Part shown: positions 1 through 10,524 of the stretch, piece by piece
How the letters are laid out: the number at the start of each line of letters is the position of its first letter
Numbering within the stretch: the first letter of the stretch is position 1
NCBI GenBank assembly: GCA_001443455.1
Contig: LDXO01000009.1
Coordinates: 16,444 to 80,443, forward strand
Reading direction: 5' to 3'
Length of the DNA stretch: 64,000 nucleotides
DNA from: Deltaproteobacteria bacterium CSP1-8
Lineage (GTDB): Bacteria > Desulfobacterota > Deferrimicrobia > Deferrimicrobiales > Deferrimicrobiaceae
Notes under the pieces: generated by a model
What the model was told of the DNA's origin: nothing
What the model saw: the letters and a program-made list of their open reading frames with translations, nothing else
Database searches by the model: none
Program-made: the position numbers and the translations under genes

Positions 1-1206
1 GTATTGCTCCCACACATCCTCGATCTTCACCTCGGAGTTCCGGATGGCGCGCTTCAGGGCATCGTAGGAAAAGAGGTTCCTGAAGAGGTCCAGGGCATTG
101 ATGACCAGGAACCCGCCGTTCGCCTTGTGCAGGGAGCCGGCCTTGATCATGGAGAAGTCGGTGAAGGCGGCGCCGTACTGGAACTTGTGCTCCATTCGCC
201 CGAAGAGGTTGTAGTACGTCGGGTTGCTTTCGAAGACGCAGGGGCCGCCTTTCCTGCCGCCGTTGTTCACGATCACGTTCACGGTGTACCTGTTGAAATC
301 CGGCTCCTGCTTTCCCATTTTCAGGAAAGGGACCGGCGTCGCGGCGGCCTCGTCGGACGAAGCCTTGAAGTCGTCGATATTCTCGAGGATATCTTCCCTG
401 ACGTCGTCCAGGTAGGGCATCAGTTTCCCGTCCCTCCCGTATTGGGCGCGGACGTCCTCGATCCGTTGCCCGAGGACCGAGAGAGCGGCATGCCGCTCCA
501 GCTCCCGAAGTTTCTCCTTGGTGTCTTTTTCCTCGATCTTCAGCATCCTCTTCGCGTCATCGATCTTTTCCTGGATAAACCTCCCGTTCTCCCGGATGCG
601 GTTCCGCCCCCTCTCGTCGAGGGCATTGTATTCCTCCTCCGTAAGTGGCTCTCCCGAACTGCCGACCGCCACGATGGAGAAGCCGCCCATCGCGTGCCGG
701 ACCTTGAACCCTTTCTCGTCCGCCTCCCGTTCCAGGGAGGAAAAAATATCCTTCTGCCGGGACTGGAACTCCTCCACGATGATGTTGTTCTGCTTCTTGT
801 ACTCCTTCGACTCGAAGATCTTCGGGATTTCCACCTTCAGGGAGGCGATCAGTTCCGCCATGTCCTTCTGGAGCGCTGCTCCCCTGCCCGGCTCGAGGAA
901 AATGGCGATCGGCTCGGCCGGGTCCCGGAAATTGTGGACGTAACACCAGTCGGGCGGAACCTTCTCTCCTTCCGCCTTTTTCGATATGAAGGAACGGATC
1001 GCCGAGGTCTTTCCCGTCCCGCTCTCCCCCAGGACATAGATGTTGAACCCCGTGCTGGAAAGGTTCAGTCCGAAATCGATGGAGTCCAGCGCCCGTTCCT
1101 GGCCGATGATCCCGTCCAGCGGCGGCAGCTCGTCGGTCGTCCGGAAACCGAAGAGGCCCTCGTCGCAGCACTTGTACAGGTCATCGGGGGACAGTACCCT
1201 CGCCAT
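1..1206 (-). CDS. Lon-like (LonB/LonC-type) ATP-dependent protease, N-terminal part; runs off the left edge
   Basis: Not in the ORF track because the stop lies outside the window. Manual translation from ATG at 1206 gives MARVLSPDDLYKCCDEGLFGFRTTDELPPLDGIIGQERALDSIDFGL...FNIYVLGESGTGKTS (Walker A), typical of AAA_32 Lon-like proteases. Confidence 0.85.
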   Translation of the reverse strand, partial: MARVLSPDDLYKCCDEGLFGFRTTDELPPLDGIIGQERALDSIDFGLNLSSTGFNIYVLGESGTGKTSAIRSFISKKAEGEKVPPDWCYVHNFRDPAEPIAIFLEPGRGAALQKDMAELIASLKVEIPKIFESKEYKKQNNIIVEEFQSRQKDIFSSLEREADEKGFKVRHAMGGFSIVAVGSSGEPLTEEEYNALDERGRNRIRENGRFIQEKIDDAKRMLKIEEKDTKEKLRELERHAALSVLGQRIEDVRAQYGRDGKLMPYLDDVREDILENIDDFKASSDEAAATPVPFLKMGKQEPDFNRYTVNVIVNNGGRKGGPCVFESNPTYYNLFGRMEHKFQYGAAFTDFSMIKAGSLHKANGGFLVINALDLFRNLFSYDALKRAIRNSEVKIEDVWEQY

Positions 1207-1424
1207 GCATCTCTCCTTGTGCGTCGGGGAAGGGGAAACGGACATCCCCGGGTTTTCCGGAGCGTGCACGTTCATCATAGAAACTTTACGGAAAAATAAA
1301 AAGGGGACCGGGCAAACCGACGTGTCCGCCGTCTGCTTCCCTCTTCAAAACCCCGGCGGGATCCCCGCCCTTGCGCTCCGGCGACCGGGGCGAGGCGAGC
1401 CTCCAGACAGGAGACAAGGCGTGT

Positions 1425-2726
1425 TCATCGATACGGGTAAAAGAGATAAAAGGAGAGGGAGAGGGCCGCGAGGACCCACATCCCGGCGGTCACCTCCCGT
1501 GTTCGTCCGCTCAGGGTCTTCAGCAGCGGGTAGGTGATGAGTCCGGCCGTCATCCCGACTCCGATATTGTAGGTGAAGCTCATCAGCACGATGGTGAGAA
1601 ACGCGGGGATCAGTTCGGTGGTATCCGAAAAATCGATCCGGGTGACGGGGCTGATCATGAACACCCCGATGAGGATGAGGACCGCCCCGTACGCGTGGGG
1701 CGGGACAATGGTGAAGACCGGGGCGAAAAAAAGCGAAAGCAGGAAGAGGGCGGCGACCACGAGGGAGGTGAATCCCGTCCTTCCCCCCTCCTCGATCCCC
1801 GCTGCGGACTCGATGTACGCCCCCGTCGTCGTGGTTCCCAGCAGGGGTGCCACCATGGTGGAGAGAGCGTCCGCCAGCATCGGCTTTTCGATGTCCGGGA
1901 GGTTCCCCTTTTCGTCCAGAAGGCCTGCCCGGGCGGACAGACCGATGAGCGTCCCCACGGTATCCACGAATGCCATCACGAAGATCGTCAGGATGACCGG
2001 GAAATAGCTCGCGCGCAGGGAACCCGGGATATCCAGTTTCAACAGGATGGGCCGGGGGTCGGGAGGAATGCTGATCCACTCGGAGGGAGGAGGCGTGATC
2101 CCGAGAAAAAACGACAGGAAGGTCGTCCCGAGGACGCCGATGATGATCGCGCCGGGAATCCGCCGGATTACCAGCAGGACGATCAGGAAGAACCCGAAGA
2201 GGGCCAGCAGGGCGGAAGGCTGGCTGAGGTCACCAAGGCTCACGGGCGCACCCGGGACGCCGAGGCGGACCAGACCGGTTTCATTGAGGCCGATGAATGC
2301 GAGGAACAGCCCGATCCCGACCGCAAACCCGAACTTGAGCGGCTGTGGCAGCGCCTCGGCAAGCCAGCCCCGGATTCTGAGCACCGTGAGGAGCGCGAAG
2401 AGGACACCGGCGATGAAGACGGCGCCGAGCGCAACCTGCCAGGGGTATCCCATGACCTTGACCACCGTAAATGCGATGAAGGCGTTCTCCCCCATGTAGG
2501 GGGCAATGGCGAAAGGGCGGCCGGCGTACAGTCCCATCACCACCGTTCCGAACACGGCGGACAGGATCGTGGCCACCATCGAGGGGCCTCGGGGAATGCC
2601 GGCGGCCTCCAGGATGGCGGGATTGACGATGATGATGTAGGCCATCGTCAAAAACGTCGTGACCCCGGCAAGGATTTCCTGCCGGTAGCAGGTTCCGTGC
2701 CGGTCGAATTCGAAAAATTCTTTCAC
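1425..2726 (-). CDS. NCS2/AzgA-family purine (adenine/guanine/hypoxanthine) permease
   Basis: EILAGVTTFLTMAYIIIVNPAIL and AYIESAAGIEEGGRTG motifs with many TM segments. GTG start at 2726 follows a GGAGG RBS. Confidence 0.92.
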   Translation of the reverse strand: MKEFFEFDRHGTCYRQEILAGVTTFLTMAYIIIVNPAILEAAGIPRGPSMVATILSAVFGTVVMGLYAGRPFAIAPYMGENAFIAFTVVKVMGYPWQVALGAVFIAGVLFALLTVLRIRGWLAEALPQPLKFGFAVGIGLFLAFIGLNETGLVRLGVPGAPVSLGDLSQPSALLALFGFFLIVLLVIRRIPGAIIIGVLGTTFLSFFLGITPPPSEWISIPPDPRPILLKLDIPGSLRASYFPVILTIFVMAFVDTVGTLIGLSARAGLLDEKGNLPDIEKPMLADALSTMVAPLLGTTTTGAYIESAAGIEEGGRTGFTSLVVAALFLLSLFFAPVFTIVPPHAYGAVLILIGVFMISPVTRIDFSDTTELIPAFLTIVLMSFTYNIGVGMTAGLITYPLLKTLSGRTREVTAGMWVLAALSLSFYLFYPYR

Positions 2727-2899
2727 CTCCGTTACCTCCCACATGGTTTCCTTTAAGCCCGGACGATTTTCACCCCAGTGAATCCGGTTCTCCTGAACGG
2801 CCGCCCGGCCCTCCCGCCCGGGCCTAAACAAAGTAATTATGCTATATTTATTCCTTGAGAATCGCGCCCCGAACCTCCTGTGAACGCCGAAACGGGGGG

Positions 2900-4741
2900 A
2901 TGATGAACCGGCCCATAACCGGCAAGGTTTCATTCGTTTTAGGTATCTCCTTCCTCCTGTCCATCGTGTTTTTCCTTTTCGACATCTACAAGCCTGTCGA
3001 CATCGCGGTGTGGCTATTTTACCTGGTCCCTCTTCTGGTGACCTCCTACCTGGCGCCGCGCTGGATATCCTACCTGTTCCTGGTGGGATGCACGTTTCTG
3101 ATCGGTCTCGGTTTTGTCCTGACCCCCTCCCCAGGCAGGCAGGATGTGGCGATCCTCAACCGCTTCATCACGGTCACCGTACTTTGGCTGACCATCGTCA
3201 TCTTGTTGGAAAGGAAGCGGGTGGAAGACAACCTCCGGGAGAGCGAGGGGCGCTACCGCGACCTGGTGGAGCTTTCTCCGGAAGCGATCTACATCCAGCA
3301 AGACGGAAAGATCGCCTTCATCAACTCCGCGGGAGTGAGCCTTCTGGGAGCAAGCTCCCCGCTGGAACTCCTCGGAAAACCGGTTGCGGATATCCTCCAC
3401 CCGGACTCCCGGGAAACGGCTACCCACCGGATCCTCATGGAACGGAAAGAGATCCGTGACATTTCGGCCCTTGAGGAGAAATATATCCGGCTGGACGGAG
3501 CTCCCGTGGAACTGGAAGTATCGGCCGTATCGGTCGATTACCTCGGAAAGCCTGCCCTCCAGGTGTTTGCTCGCGACATCACCGGGCGAAAGCAGCTGGA
3601 GGAGCAATTGCGGCAGTCCCAGAAAATCGAGGCGGTGGGAAGGCTTGCGGGCGGGATCGCCCACGATTTCAACAACCTGATGACGGTGATCACGGGCTAT
3701 GTCGGACTGATGAAGAAACGCATGGAAAACCCCGCGCTCGTGTCCCGGGGACTCGAAGAGATCGGGAAAGCGGGCCAACGCGCCACCCGTCTGACGCAGC
3801 AACTGGTCGCCTTCGGCCGCAAGCAGATCCTCCAGCCCCAGGTCCTGGATCTGAACAGCATCGTATCCAACATGGACAAGATGCTCCGCCGTCTGATCGG
3901 GGATGACATCGAGCTCGTGACGATCCCGGGGAATCGGCTGGGAAGAGTGAAGGCGGATCCGGGGCAAATCGAGCAGGTCATCGTCAACCTGGTGCTGAAT
4001 GCACGGGATGCCATGCCGAAGGGGGGGCGGATCACCATCGAAACCGCGAATGCCAAGCTGGACGCATCCGTCACCTGGAAACACCGGGATATCCCGGACG
4101 GGCCCTACGCGACCCTCGTGATCCGGGACAGTGGCATCGGTATGGACGAGGAGACCAAACTTCACCTATTCGAACCGTATTTCACTACCAAGGAAGTGGG
4201 AAAGGGATCGGGGCTGGGGCTTGCGACGGTGCACGGGATCATCCGCCAGAGCGGGGGAGACATCCGGCTCGAGAGCGAACCGAATAAGGGAACAACGTTT
4301 ACGATCTGGCTCCCCCTGACGGAGGAGGTTCCCGCCAAGGAACCCATCGAACTGGTTCTGGAGGCCCCGCCCGGACGGGAGACGATCCTGGTGGTAGAGG
4401 ACGCGGAACCGGTGCGTGTGCTGGTGAGGGATGCCCTGGAAGACGCGGGATACAGGGTCATCGAGGCCTCCAACGGGAGAGAGGCTCTCGAACGGATATC
4501 GCAGAACCCGGAACCGATTCACCTGATGCTGACGGACGTCGTGATGCCGAAGATGGGAGGACGCACCCTGGCGACCCAGGTCGCCTCCCTGCACCCGGAA
4601 ACGAAGATCCTGTTCATGACCGGATATGTGGGCGACAGCGTCAATGGCAAATACCACCCCCTCGGGCGGAGGCCATCCATATCCAAACCGTTCACGCCGG
4701 AGGAACTTGCTCGCAAGGTGAGAGAGGCTTTGGACGAGTAA
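2900..4741 (+). CDS. Membrane-bound PAS hybrid sensor histidine kinase/response regulator
   Basis: N-terminal TM helices, PAS domain, H-box [12 protein letters not shown]-box [11 protein letters not shown]-boxes (GKGSGLGLA) and a C-terminal receiver domain (LTDVVMP). Confidence 0.92.
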   Translation: MMNRPITGKVSFVLGISFLLSIVFFLFDIYKPVDIAVWLFYLVPLLVTSYLAPRWISYLFLVGCTFLIGLGFVLTPSPGRQDVAILNRFITVTVLWLTIVILLERKRVEDNLRESEGRYRDLVELSPEAIYIQQDGKIAFINSAGVSLLGASSPLELLGKPVADILHPDSRETATHRILMERKEIRDISALEEKYIRLDGAPVELEVSAVSVDYLGKPALQVFARDITGRKQLEEQLRQSQKIEAVGRLAGGIAHDFNNLMTVITGYVGLMKKRMENPALVSRGLEEIGKAGQRATRLTQQLVAFGRKQILQPQVLDLNSIVSNMDKMLRRLIGDDIELVTIPGNRLGRVKADPGQIEQVIVNLVLNARDAMPKGGRITIETANAKLDASVTWKHRDIPDGPYATLVIRDSGIGMDEETKLHLFEPYFTTKEVGKGSGLGLATVHGIIRQSGGDIRLESEPNKGTTFTIWLPLTEEVPAKEPIELVLEAPPGRETILVVEDAEPVRVLVRDALEDAGYRVIEASNGREALERISQNPEPIHLMLTDVVMPKMGGRTLATQVASLHPETKILFMTGYVGDSVNGKYHPLGRRPSISKPFTPEELARKVREALDE

Positions 4742-4757
4742 ACGTCAATAATAACAG

Positions 4758-5966
4758 CTACTTTAAACCATTTTTATCAAGTTTCATCTTCAATTTTTCA
4801 CCCAGTGTACCCAAGGAGCGGGGAGCCTCCTCGGTGTACTGCCGGTACTCCTCCGGTCCGGCCGCGTGCTCTCCCTCGCCTTCTTCCCCCTCCAGGGAAA
4901 GGGAAATCCTCCTCTTTCCCCTTTCCACGGAATCCACCTTCACGGCAACTTCCTCTCCTTCCCTTATCGCCTCGCCGGGGTGGCGGATCTTTTTCCCTCC
5001 CCCCAGTTTTGAAACATGGAGAAGCCCGTCCACCCCGGGCTCCAGCGTGACGAAGGCCCCGAAAGCGGCCAGCCTCGAGACCTTTCCCGTGTGGAGTGTC
5101 CCCACGGGATACCGGACCTCGACGTTCTCCCAGGGATCGGAAAGCGCTTTCTTCAGGCTGAAGGTGAAGCGGTCCCTTTCCCAATCCAGCTTGACAACCG
5201 CTACGTCCACCTCCTGTCCCACGGAAACCGCTGCAGCGATCTCCTCCCCCCTGTCCCAACCGATCTCGGACGCCGGCACCAGTCCCTCGATTCCTCCGAC
5301 TCTCACAAAGACACCGAATTCCCGGATCGAGGTGACCGTCCCCGAAACCCTCATCCCTTCCCGAAGCGTCTCTTTCAGGGACTCTTTCTCCGCCTGCCGC
5401 TTCTCCTCCTGAATCGCCCGGTGGGAAAGGACGATGTTTCGCCCCTCTCCGTCAAATCGCATGATCCTGAACGGGAGATGCTTCCCGGCCAGCCCGGTCC
5501 GCTCCCCCGACCGCGGCATGCCCATCTGGGAATACGGGCAGAATCCCCGGATGCCTGCCCCCATCCGGATCTCGAAGCCGCCCTTGATCTCCTGCTCCAC
5601 GGTCCCCTCCACCGGGATGCCGCTTCGCCATGCGTCTTCCAGCTGCGCGCGTCCTGTCGCGCCGCCCCCGATCTTCGTGGTGAATCGCAATTCGTTGTTT
5701 TCCGCGGACAGGAAATAGGCCTGGACCGTTTCGCCTTCTTTTACCGTCAGGTTCCCGGACTCGTCCTGGAACTCCTTTTTGTCCAGGCACCCTTCCCCTT
5801 TTCCCCCCAGATCCAGAAAGATCCACTCCGAGGTAATGGAGATGATCCGGGCCGTCACCCTTTCTCCCGGTTCCCGCCTGGCCGGTTCCGTGAAGCTCCC
5901 TTCCAGGAGATCCGCGAATGTTTCCTCCCCCGGCCCCCCGTCCGCTTTCCGATTATCGTCGTTCAT
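4758..5966 (-). CDS. rpsA: 30S ribosomal protein S1-like protein (short, about 4 S1 domains)
   Basis: Repeated S1 motifs (FGVFVRVGGIEGLVPASEI; FGAFVTLEPGVDGLLHVSKL) and a C-terminal LGTLGEKLK. Start MNDDN overlaps the hpt stop (ATGA). Probably a paralogue. Confidence 0.8.
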   Translation of the reverse strand: MNDDNRKADGGPGEETFADLLEGSFTEPARREPGERVTARIISITSEWIFLDLGGKGEGCLDKKEFQDESGNLTVKEGETVQAYFLSAENNELRFTTKIGGGATGRAQLEDAWRSGIPVEGTVEQEIKGGFEIRMGAGIRGFCPYSQMGMPRSGERTGLAGKHLPFRIMRFDGEGRNIVLSHRAIQEEKRQAEKESLKETLREGMRVSGTVTSIREFGVFVRVGGIEGLVPASEIGWDRGEEIAAAVSVGQEVDVAVVKLDWERDRFTFSLKKALSDPWENVEVRYPVGTLHTGKVSRLAAFGAFVTLEPGVDGLLHVSKLGGGKKIRHPGEAIREGEEVAVKVDSVERGKRRISLSLEGEEGEGEHAAGPEEYRQYTEEAPRSLGTLGEKLKMKLDKNGLK

Positions 5967-6511
5967 CGAGATATCCCCTTTCCCTCGTTTTCCACAACAC
6001 CGATATAGGGAAGCGCGCGATGCCGATCCGCGTAGTCCAGGCCGTATCCCACGACCCACAGGTCGGGGATGTCGAACCCGAGGTAATCGATTTTCACGTC
6101 CTTCTCGAGACGCTCACGCTTCCGCAACAAGACGCAGGTCTTCAGGGTGGCCGGTTTGCGCGGGAGCAAGATATCCAGGAGGTATTCGAGCGTGTTCCCG
6201 GTGTCGACGATATCCTCGACGATCAGAACGTGCTTCCCCGCGATGTTCGTACGGAGATCCATGATGAGGCGCACGGCCCCGGACGTTGCGGCGTTCTGCC
6301 CGTAAGCGGCAAGGGCCATGAAATCGATTCGCCTGGGGACGGTGAGAAGCCGGGAAAGGTCGGCAAGGAAAATGAAGCACCCCCTCAGAACGCCGACCAG
6401 GAGCAGTTCCTCCGCCTTGTCGTAATCCGCGGACACCTGACGTGCCAGCTCCCCGACCCGATGCCGGATCTCTTTCTCGGGAATGAGAACCGACGGCGTT
6501 TCCGGAATCAT
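5963..6511 (-). CDS. hpt: Hypoxanthine phosphoribosyltransferase
   Basis: PRPP-binding VLIVEDIVDTGNTL and WVVGYGLDY motifs. Confidence 0.95.
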   Translation of the reverse strand: MIPETPSVLIPEKEIRHRVGELARQVSADYDKAEELLLVGVLRGCFIFLADLSRLLTVPRRIDFMALAAYGQNAATSGAVRLIMDLRTNIAGKHVLIVEDIVDTGNTLEYLLDILLPRKPATLKTCVLLRKRERLEKDVKIDYLGFDIPDLWVVGYGLDYADRHRALPYIGVVENEGKGISR

Positions 6512-6648
6512 CGCGATCTTCCCGCTCCCCCGCCCGGCTTCGCACTGCCCCCCTTTTTACGATACCCTGATCCTGGGGCCATGCGCGTTTCCATCATTTT
6601 CTCACAGTTGCGGACACGCCAAAAGACCACAGAGAGGGGGACGGACGC

Positions 6649-8286
6649 GTGGGCCGGGCGATCGAGGGCAACATCGTCGACGTGGCGTCGGGAAGAATCT
6701 TCCCCGGAAGGGTGGTCCACGAAAACGGCCTGATCACGAGGGTGGAACCGATCTCCGGGACTTTCTCCGGGTTCTCCCTCCCCGGCTTCCTCGACGCCCA
6801 CATCCACATCGACTCGTCCCTTTTGTGCCCCTCGCGATTCGCCGAGGCGGTCGTCCCCCACGGGACGACCGCCGTCATCACCGATCCGCACGAAATCGCC
6901 AACGTCCTCGGCATTGCCGGGATCTCCCTCCTGAGGGAGGACGCCGCGACGGTTCCCCTCCGGGTTTATTTCACCGCCCCCTCCTGCGTTCCCGCCACCT
7001 CGTTCGAAACCAGCGGGGCGTCCCTTGGCCCCGCGGACGTTTTGGCGCTGCTCCGGGAAAGGGGCGTCGTGGCGCTCGGCGAGGTGATGAACTACCGGGG
7101 GGCGGTTGCCGCCGATCCCGTCGTGATGGCGAAGATCCGTGCGGCGAACCGGGCGGGAAAGCCGATCGACGGCCACTGCCCGATGCTCACCGGTGAGGAC
7201 CTGCGGAGGTACGTGGCCCTCGGGATCTCCACCGAACACGAGTGCACGAGCGCGGCCGAGGCCCTCGAGAAGCACGCCCTCGGGATGCGGATCCTCGTCC
7301 GGGAAGGATCGGTGGCGAAGAACCTTGCCGCCCTCGCCCCCTTCGCGAAAGAACACGATTTCTGCCTGGTGTCCGACGACATGTTCGCCCCCGACCTGAT
7401 CGAAGGTCACCTGGACAGATCCCTCGCCCGGGCCGTATCCCTCGGGATCGATCCGATTCGCGCCGTCCGGGCCGTGACCATGACCCCCGCCGAGCACTAC
7501 CGCCTCCCCCTGGGAGTCATCGAACCCGGCCGCATGGCGGACGTCGTCAAGGTACGGGATCTTTCCGGGTTTTCCGTAGAAGAGGTCTACATCGGCGGCA
7601 GGCGGGTCGCCGAGGGGGGGCGACCCGCCTTCTCGGCACGTCCGGCCCCGGGGGGATATCCGATCACCGTGACGCCGAGGGTATCCGGCGACTTCGCCGT
7701 TCCCGCGCAGGGCCGCTCCGTAACCGTCCGAGTGATCGATCTGATCCGGGACGAGATCGTGACCGGCAGCGAAACCGCCACGCTCAAGGTTATGGGAGGC
7801 CGAGTGATCCCCGACCGTGAACGCGACATTCTCCCCGTGTCCGTGGTGAACCGGTACCGCGACGCCCCGGTAATGACGGGTTTCGTCCGGGGCTTCGGGT
7901 TGAAAAAAGGGGCGATCGCCTCGAGCATCGCCCATGATTCCCACAACCTCATCGTCGTCGGAGCCGATCCGGAGGATATGGCCGGTGCGGTGAACACCCT
8001 CATCCGGGAATCGGGCGGGCTCTGTTACACCGCGGGCGAAACGTCCCTCCTGCTCCCGTTACCGATCGCGGGCCTGATGAGCGCGGAGAGTCCGAATGAC
8101 GTGTGTGCCCGTCTTTCCCTCCTCCATGCGAAAACCCGCGAGGCCGGCTGCGGGCTGGACCGGCCCTTCATGACGATGTCGTTCCTGAGTCTTTTGGTGA
8201 TCCCTCATCTGAAGATCGGGGACAGGGGGCTGTTCGACGTCGACGCCGGCCGGTTCGTCGATCCGGTTCTTCCGCGGTCCGGTTAG
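6649..8286 (+). CDS. ade: Adenine deaminase
   Basis: PGFLDAHIHIDSS, DPHEIANV, GEVMNY, EHEC and SIAHDSHNL motifs. Confidence 0.95.
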   Translation: MGRAIEGNIVDVASGRIFPGRVVHENGLITRVEPISGTFSGFSLPGFLDAHIHIDSSLLCPSRFAEAVVPHGTTAVITDPHEIANVLGIAGISLLREDAATVPLRVYFTAPSCVPATSFETSGASLGPADVLALLRERGVVALGEVMNYRGAVAADPVVMAKIRAANRAGKPIDGHCPMLTGEDLRRYVALGISTEHECTSAAEALEKHALGMRILVREGSVAKNLAALAPFAKEHDFCLVSDDMFAPDLIEGHLDRSLARAVSLGIDPIRAVRAVTMTPAEHYRLPLGVIEPGRMADVVKVRDLSGFSVEEVYIGGRRVAEGGRPAFSARPAPGGYPITVTPRVSGDFAVPAQGRSVTVRVIDLIRDEIVTGSETATLKVMGGRVIPDRERDILPVSVVNRYRDAPVMTGFVRGFGLKKGAIASSIAHDSHNLIVVGADPEDMAGAVNTLIRESGGLCYTAGETSLLLPLPIAGLMSAESPNDVCARLSLLHAKTREAGCGLDRPFMTMSFLSLLVIPHLKIGDRGLFDVDAGRFVDPVLPRSG

Positions 8287-8393
8287 TCCTTGCCGGGCAA
8301 ACCTTATCCCCGGGCGGCCGCAGAGGGAAACCGGGTCGATGAGTTCGCCGAACCCCGACTCGAATCATCGTTCGGGGAAGTACGGTGCAGAGG

Positions 8394-8432
8394 AGTGGCG
8401 GGGCCGGCCTTAAAAAAACCGGCCCCGCCACT
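8394..8432. terminator. Inverted repeat between convergent genes, probable bidirectional terminator
   Basis: 14-bp perfect stem AGTGGCGGGGCCGG / CCGGCCCCGCCACT between ade and the Cache gene. Confidence 0.7.
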
Positions 8433-8464
8433 TCCTTTATACGTATATTCCTGCTCCTCCGAGT

Positions 8465-8941
8465 CTACTCCCAGATCCCGGCGCCGGTGTACATGTCCTT
8501 TCCAGGCACACGGAAAATATAGCTGATCTTCTTCCGGGGCTTCGGGTCGCCGGGGTTGGCCCACATGTAGCCGACCCAGCCTTCCCCCTTGCTCTTGGCC
8601 AATTCAGAGAACTCTTTGAAGAGGAGTTTTGCCTTCGCCGGGTCCTCCGACTTGTCCTTCATGTCGTTAACGTTCTTCCCGATCAGAGCCGGGCTCATCG
8701 GGTGGGCAAGCACCTTCCCGTCGAATTCCACGAGAAAGACATAGGAGTCCTTCCACACGAACTTGCCGTCTTTCTTGTTGAGCTCGGCTACTCCGGCGTC
8801 GAGCCCCTTCTCGTTGATCATCTTCGCCGCTTCCTTGGTCTTCGCGATGCATTCGTCTTTGGTTGCGCTCTCGGCAAGGACGTTCCCCGCCAGGCCGAGG
8901 CAAAGCAGAATGGCAATCCCCGCAATAGCGATTTTCTTCAT
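8465..8941 (-). CDS. Secreted single Cache-domain protein
   Basis: Signal peptide MKKIAIAGIAILLCLGLAGNVLA followed by YVFLVEFDGKVLAHP...LIGKN...GEGWVGYMW...KISY (sCache_2 pattern). Confidence 0.85.
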   Translation of the reverse strand: MKKIAIAGIAILLCLGLAGNVLAESATKDECIAKTKEAAKMINEKGLDAGVAELNKKDGKFVWKDSYVFLVEFDGKVLAHPMSPALIGKNVNDMKDKSEDPAKAKLLFKEFSELAKSKGEGWVGYMWANPGDPKPRKKISYIFRVPGKDMYTGAGIWE

Positions 8942-9282
8942 TTTCCCATTCCCTCCCCTTCGTTTTGTTTGAAACGATTCCCTTCCATACAAACCACCTG
9001 CACCGTCAAGTTTCCTTTTTCCTTCCCCGGATCACCTCCTCTCCCGTTGAGATGCAAGACAAGATCCCCTCCGTTTCCCGGCTTGCCTAAAAAAACAATC
9101 GCCGGGAATCGACGGTGCGATGAAAAAACGAAATCCCCTTGGCGCATAGGGCGTGGGATCTTGCTGATCCGGTATTTGGCGTCACCAGGCAAGATTTCCT
9201 GCCCGGAAAAAGAATCGTCATGCCGGCCCACCCCATGTGGGAAAGCATTACGGTGTTCGGAATGTCTTTAGGAAAAACTCCC

Positions 9283-9978
9283 TCATCCCTTTCCCTGGTG
9301 CTCTTCCAGGGTGGAGCTGATCCCGTCCCGCGTCCGGTAATACAGGGAAAACCTCAGGTCGCGTGCAGGCGGGTGGAGTCCGTACATGTTCTGGGCGACA
9401 TCTTCCGGCCGGCTGATCGGTTCCCACCTCGCGTTGGTTTTCGGCCGCACGAACCGGCCGCTTAATAGCAGTCGAAAGAACATCAGGTCGCACAACATTC
9501 CCTCCAGCCACGGCACCCAGTTCTCGTAGCCGGCGACCCACTTGATGTGAGGCGAGTTCCCGAGGAGAACCCGGGCCGTGTCCGGGTTGGCAAAGTCGCA
9601 CGCCCCGAAGAATATTCCGTCATAGCTGGAAAGGTGGGCGATCATGTTCTTGAGCTTGGTCCGGCTGATATCCTTCACCGCGCTGATCGCCTTCCGTTTC
9701 CCGTGGGCAGCGACGTAGCCGATCTTTGCCCGGTTGTCCACCCCCTGGTCGTGCCGGGAGAGGGCGTCTTTCAGCCCCTGTGCATTCTGGAATACGGTGT
9801 AGCTGAACAGGGCGTCGTGCCCGGGTCGGTCATGTTTGTAGCCGTTGCGCCGAGCATAGGTCTCCTCCGTGTCGCGCTTCAGCTGTTCGAAAAACGGCTT
9901 GACCGATTCAACATGATGCTGGTCCCACTGCGCCTCGAACACCTTGATGACGTACCGATATCCATTTCTCGTCCGCAT
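9283..9978 (-). CDS. Hypothetical protein with a caspase/CHAT-like His-Cys motif pair (DUF6642-like)
   Basis: ATG at 9978 after a GGAG RBS. GYVAAHG and FFGACD motifs, then WVAGY...VPW. Confidence 0.6.
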   Translation of the reverse strand: MRTRNGYRYVIKVFEAQWDQHHVESVKPFFEQLKRDTEETYARRNGYKHDRPGHDALFSYTVFQNAQGLKDALSRHDQGVDNRAKIGYVAAHGKRKAISAVKDISRTKLKNMIAHLSSYDGIFFGACDFANPDTARVLLGNSPHIKWVAGYENWVPWLEGMLCDLMFFRLLLSGRFVRPKTNARWEPISRPEDVAQNMYGLHPPARDLRFSLYYRTRDGISSTLEEHQGKG

Positions 9979-10140
9979 GGTGGCTCCCTGATACGGCTTC
10001 AAACTAAAAAAACGGCCGACAGCGTCCTGCGAAGAAGCTGTGGAACTGCAATCCACGTCCTTTCGAGTCGAGGTATCGGGGATGTCGGAGGTTGCGCCGG
10101 CAAGACCTATTATACGACAAAACCACCTTCGGAAAAACAA

Positions 10141-10380
10141 TGAGAATAATAAATAATATTGGATTATATTACATTATATATAAAAAATCGCTCGGTGATT
10201 CCTCGAAGGTTTAAACAAACTCCCCGACGTATTTAACCTATTGTATTTTCATGCTATTTCCATACTTTGCCACGGTGACAAAAAATAAATATATTAACAA
10301 TAATAAACGTTTATACCTTATAAGATTATAACTAAAGTTATATTTTATTGGATATAAGGTTGAATTTTATATTTATTTCG
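10141..10380. promoter_or_regulatory. Very AT-rich non-coding island with clustered palindromes
   Basis: Hand count 59 G+C in 240 nt (about 25%). Palindromes ATAAACGTTTAT (10303-10314) and TATAACT-AA-AGTTATA (10327-10342), plus the IR ACCTTATA...TATAAGGT (10315-10360). Confidence 0.55.
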
Positions 10381-10524
10381 AAAAAATCCTCCACGACCGC
10401 CGGCCTTTGACTAACACCGCAGCGGTGGGTCCCTTCCTTAATCGGGTTAGCCAGGCGGGGATCGACATGATCTCCTCGGCCGCGCCGAATGATGGTCCCG
10501 ACGTCCGGGCTGCGGTCCCCCGGC

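Noticed and set aside
4-1299. 431-aa plus-strand ORF, and similar long ORFs such as 15898-17826, 30093-31997, 42913-45072 and 51781-54330
   Set aside because: They are antisense shadows of well-supported genes in GC-rich DNA and have no motifs of their own.
10231-10258. dif/Xer site (ATTTAACCTAT resembles the XerD arm)
   Set aside because: The XerD arm has mismatches and there is no credible XerC arm at the 6-bp spacing.
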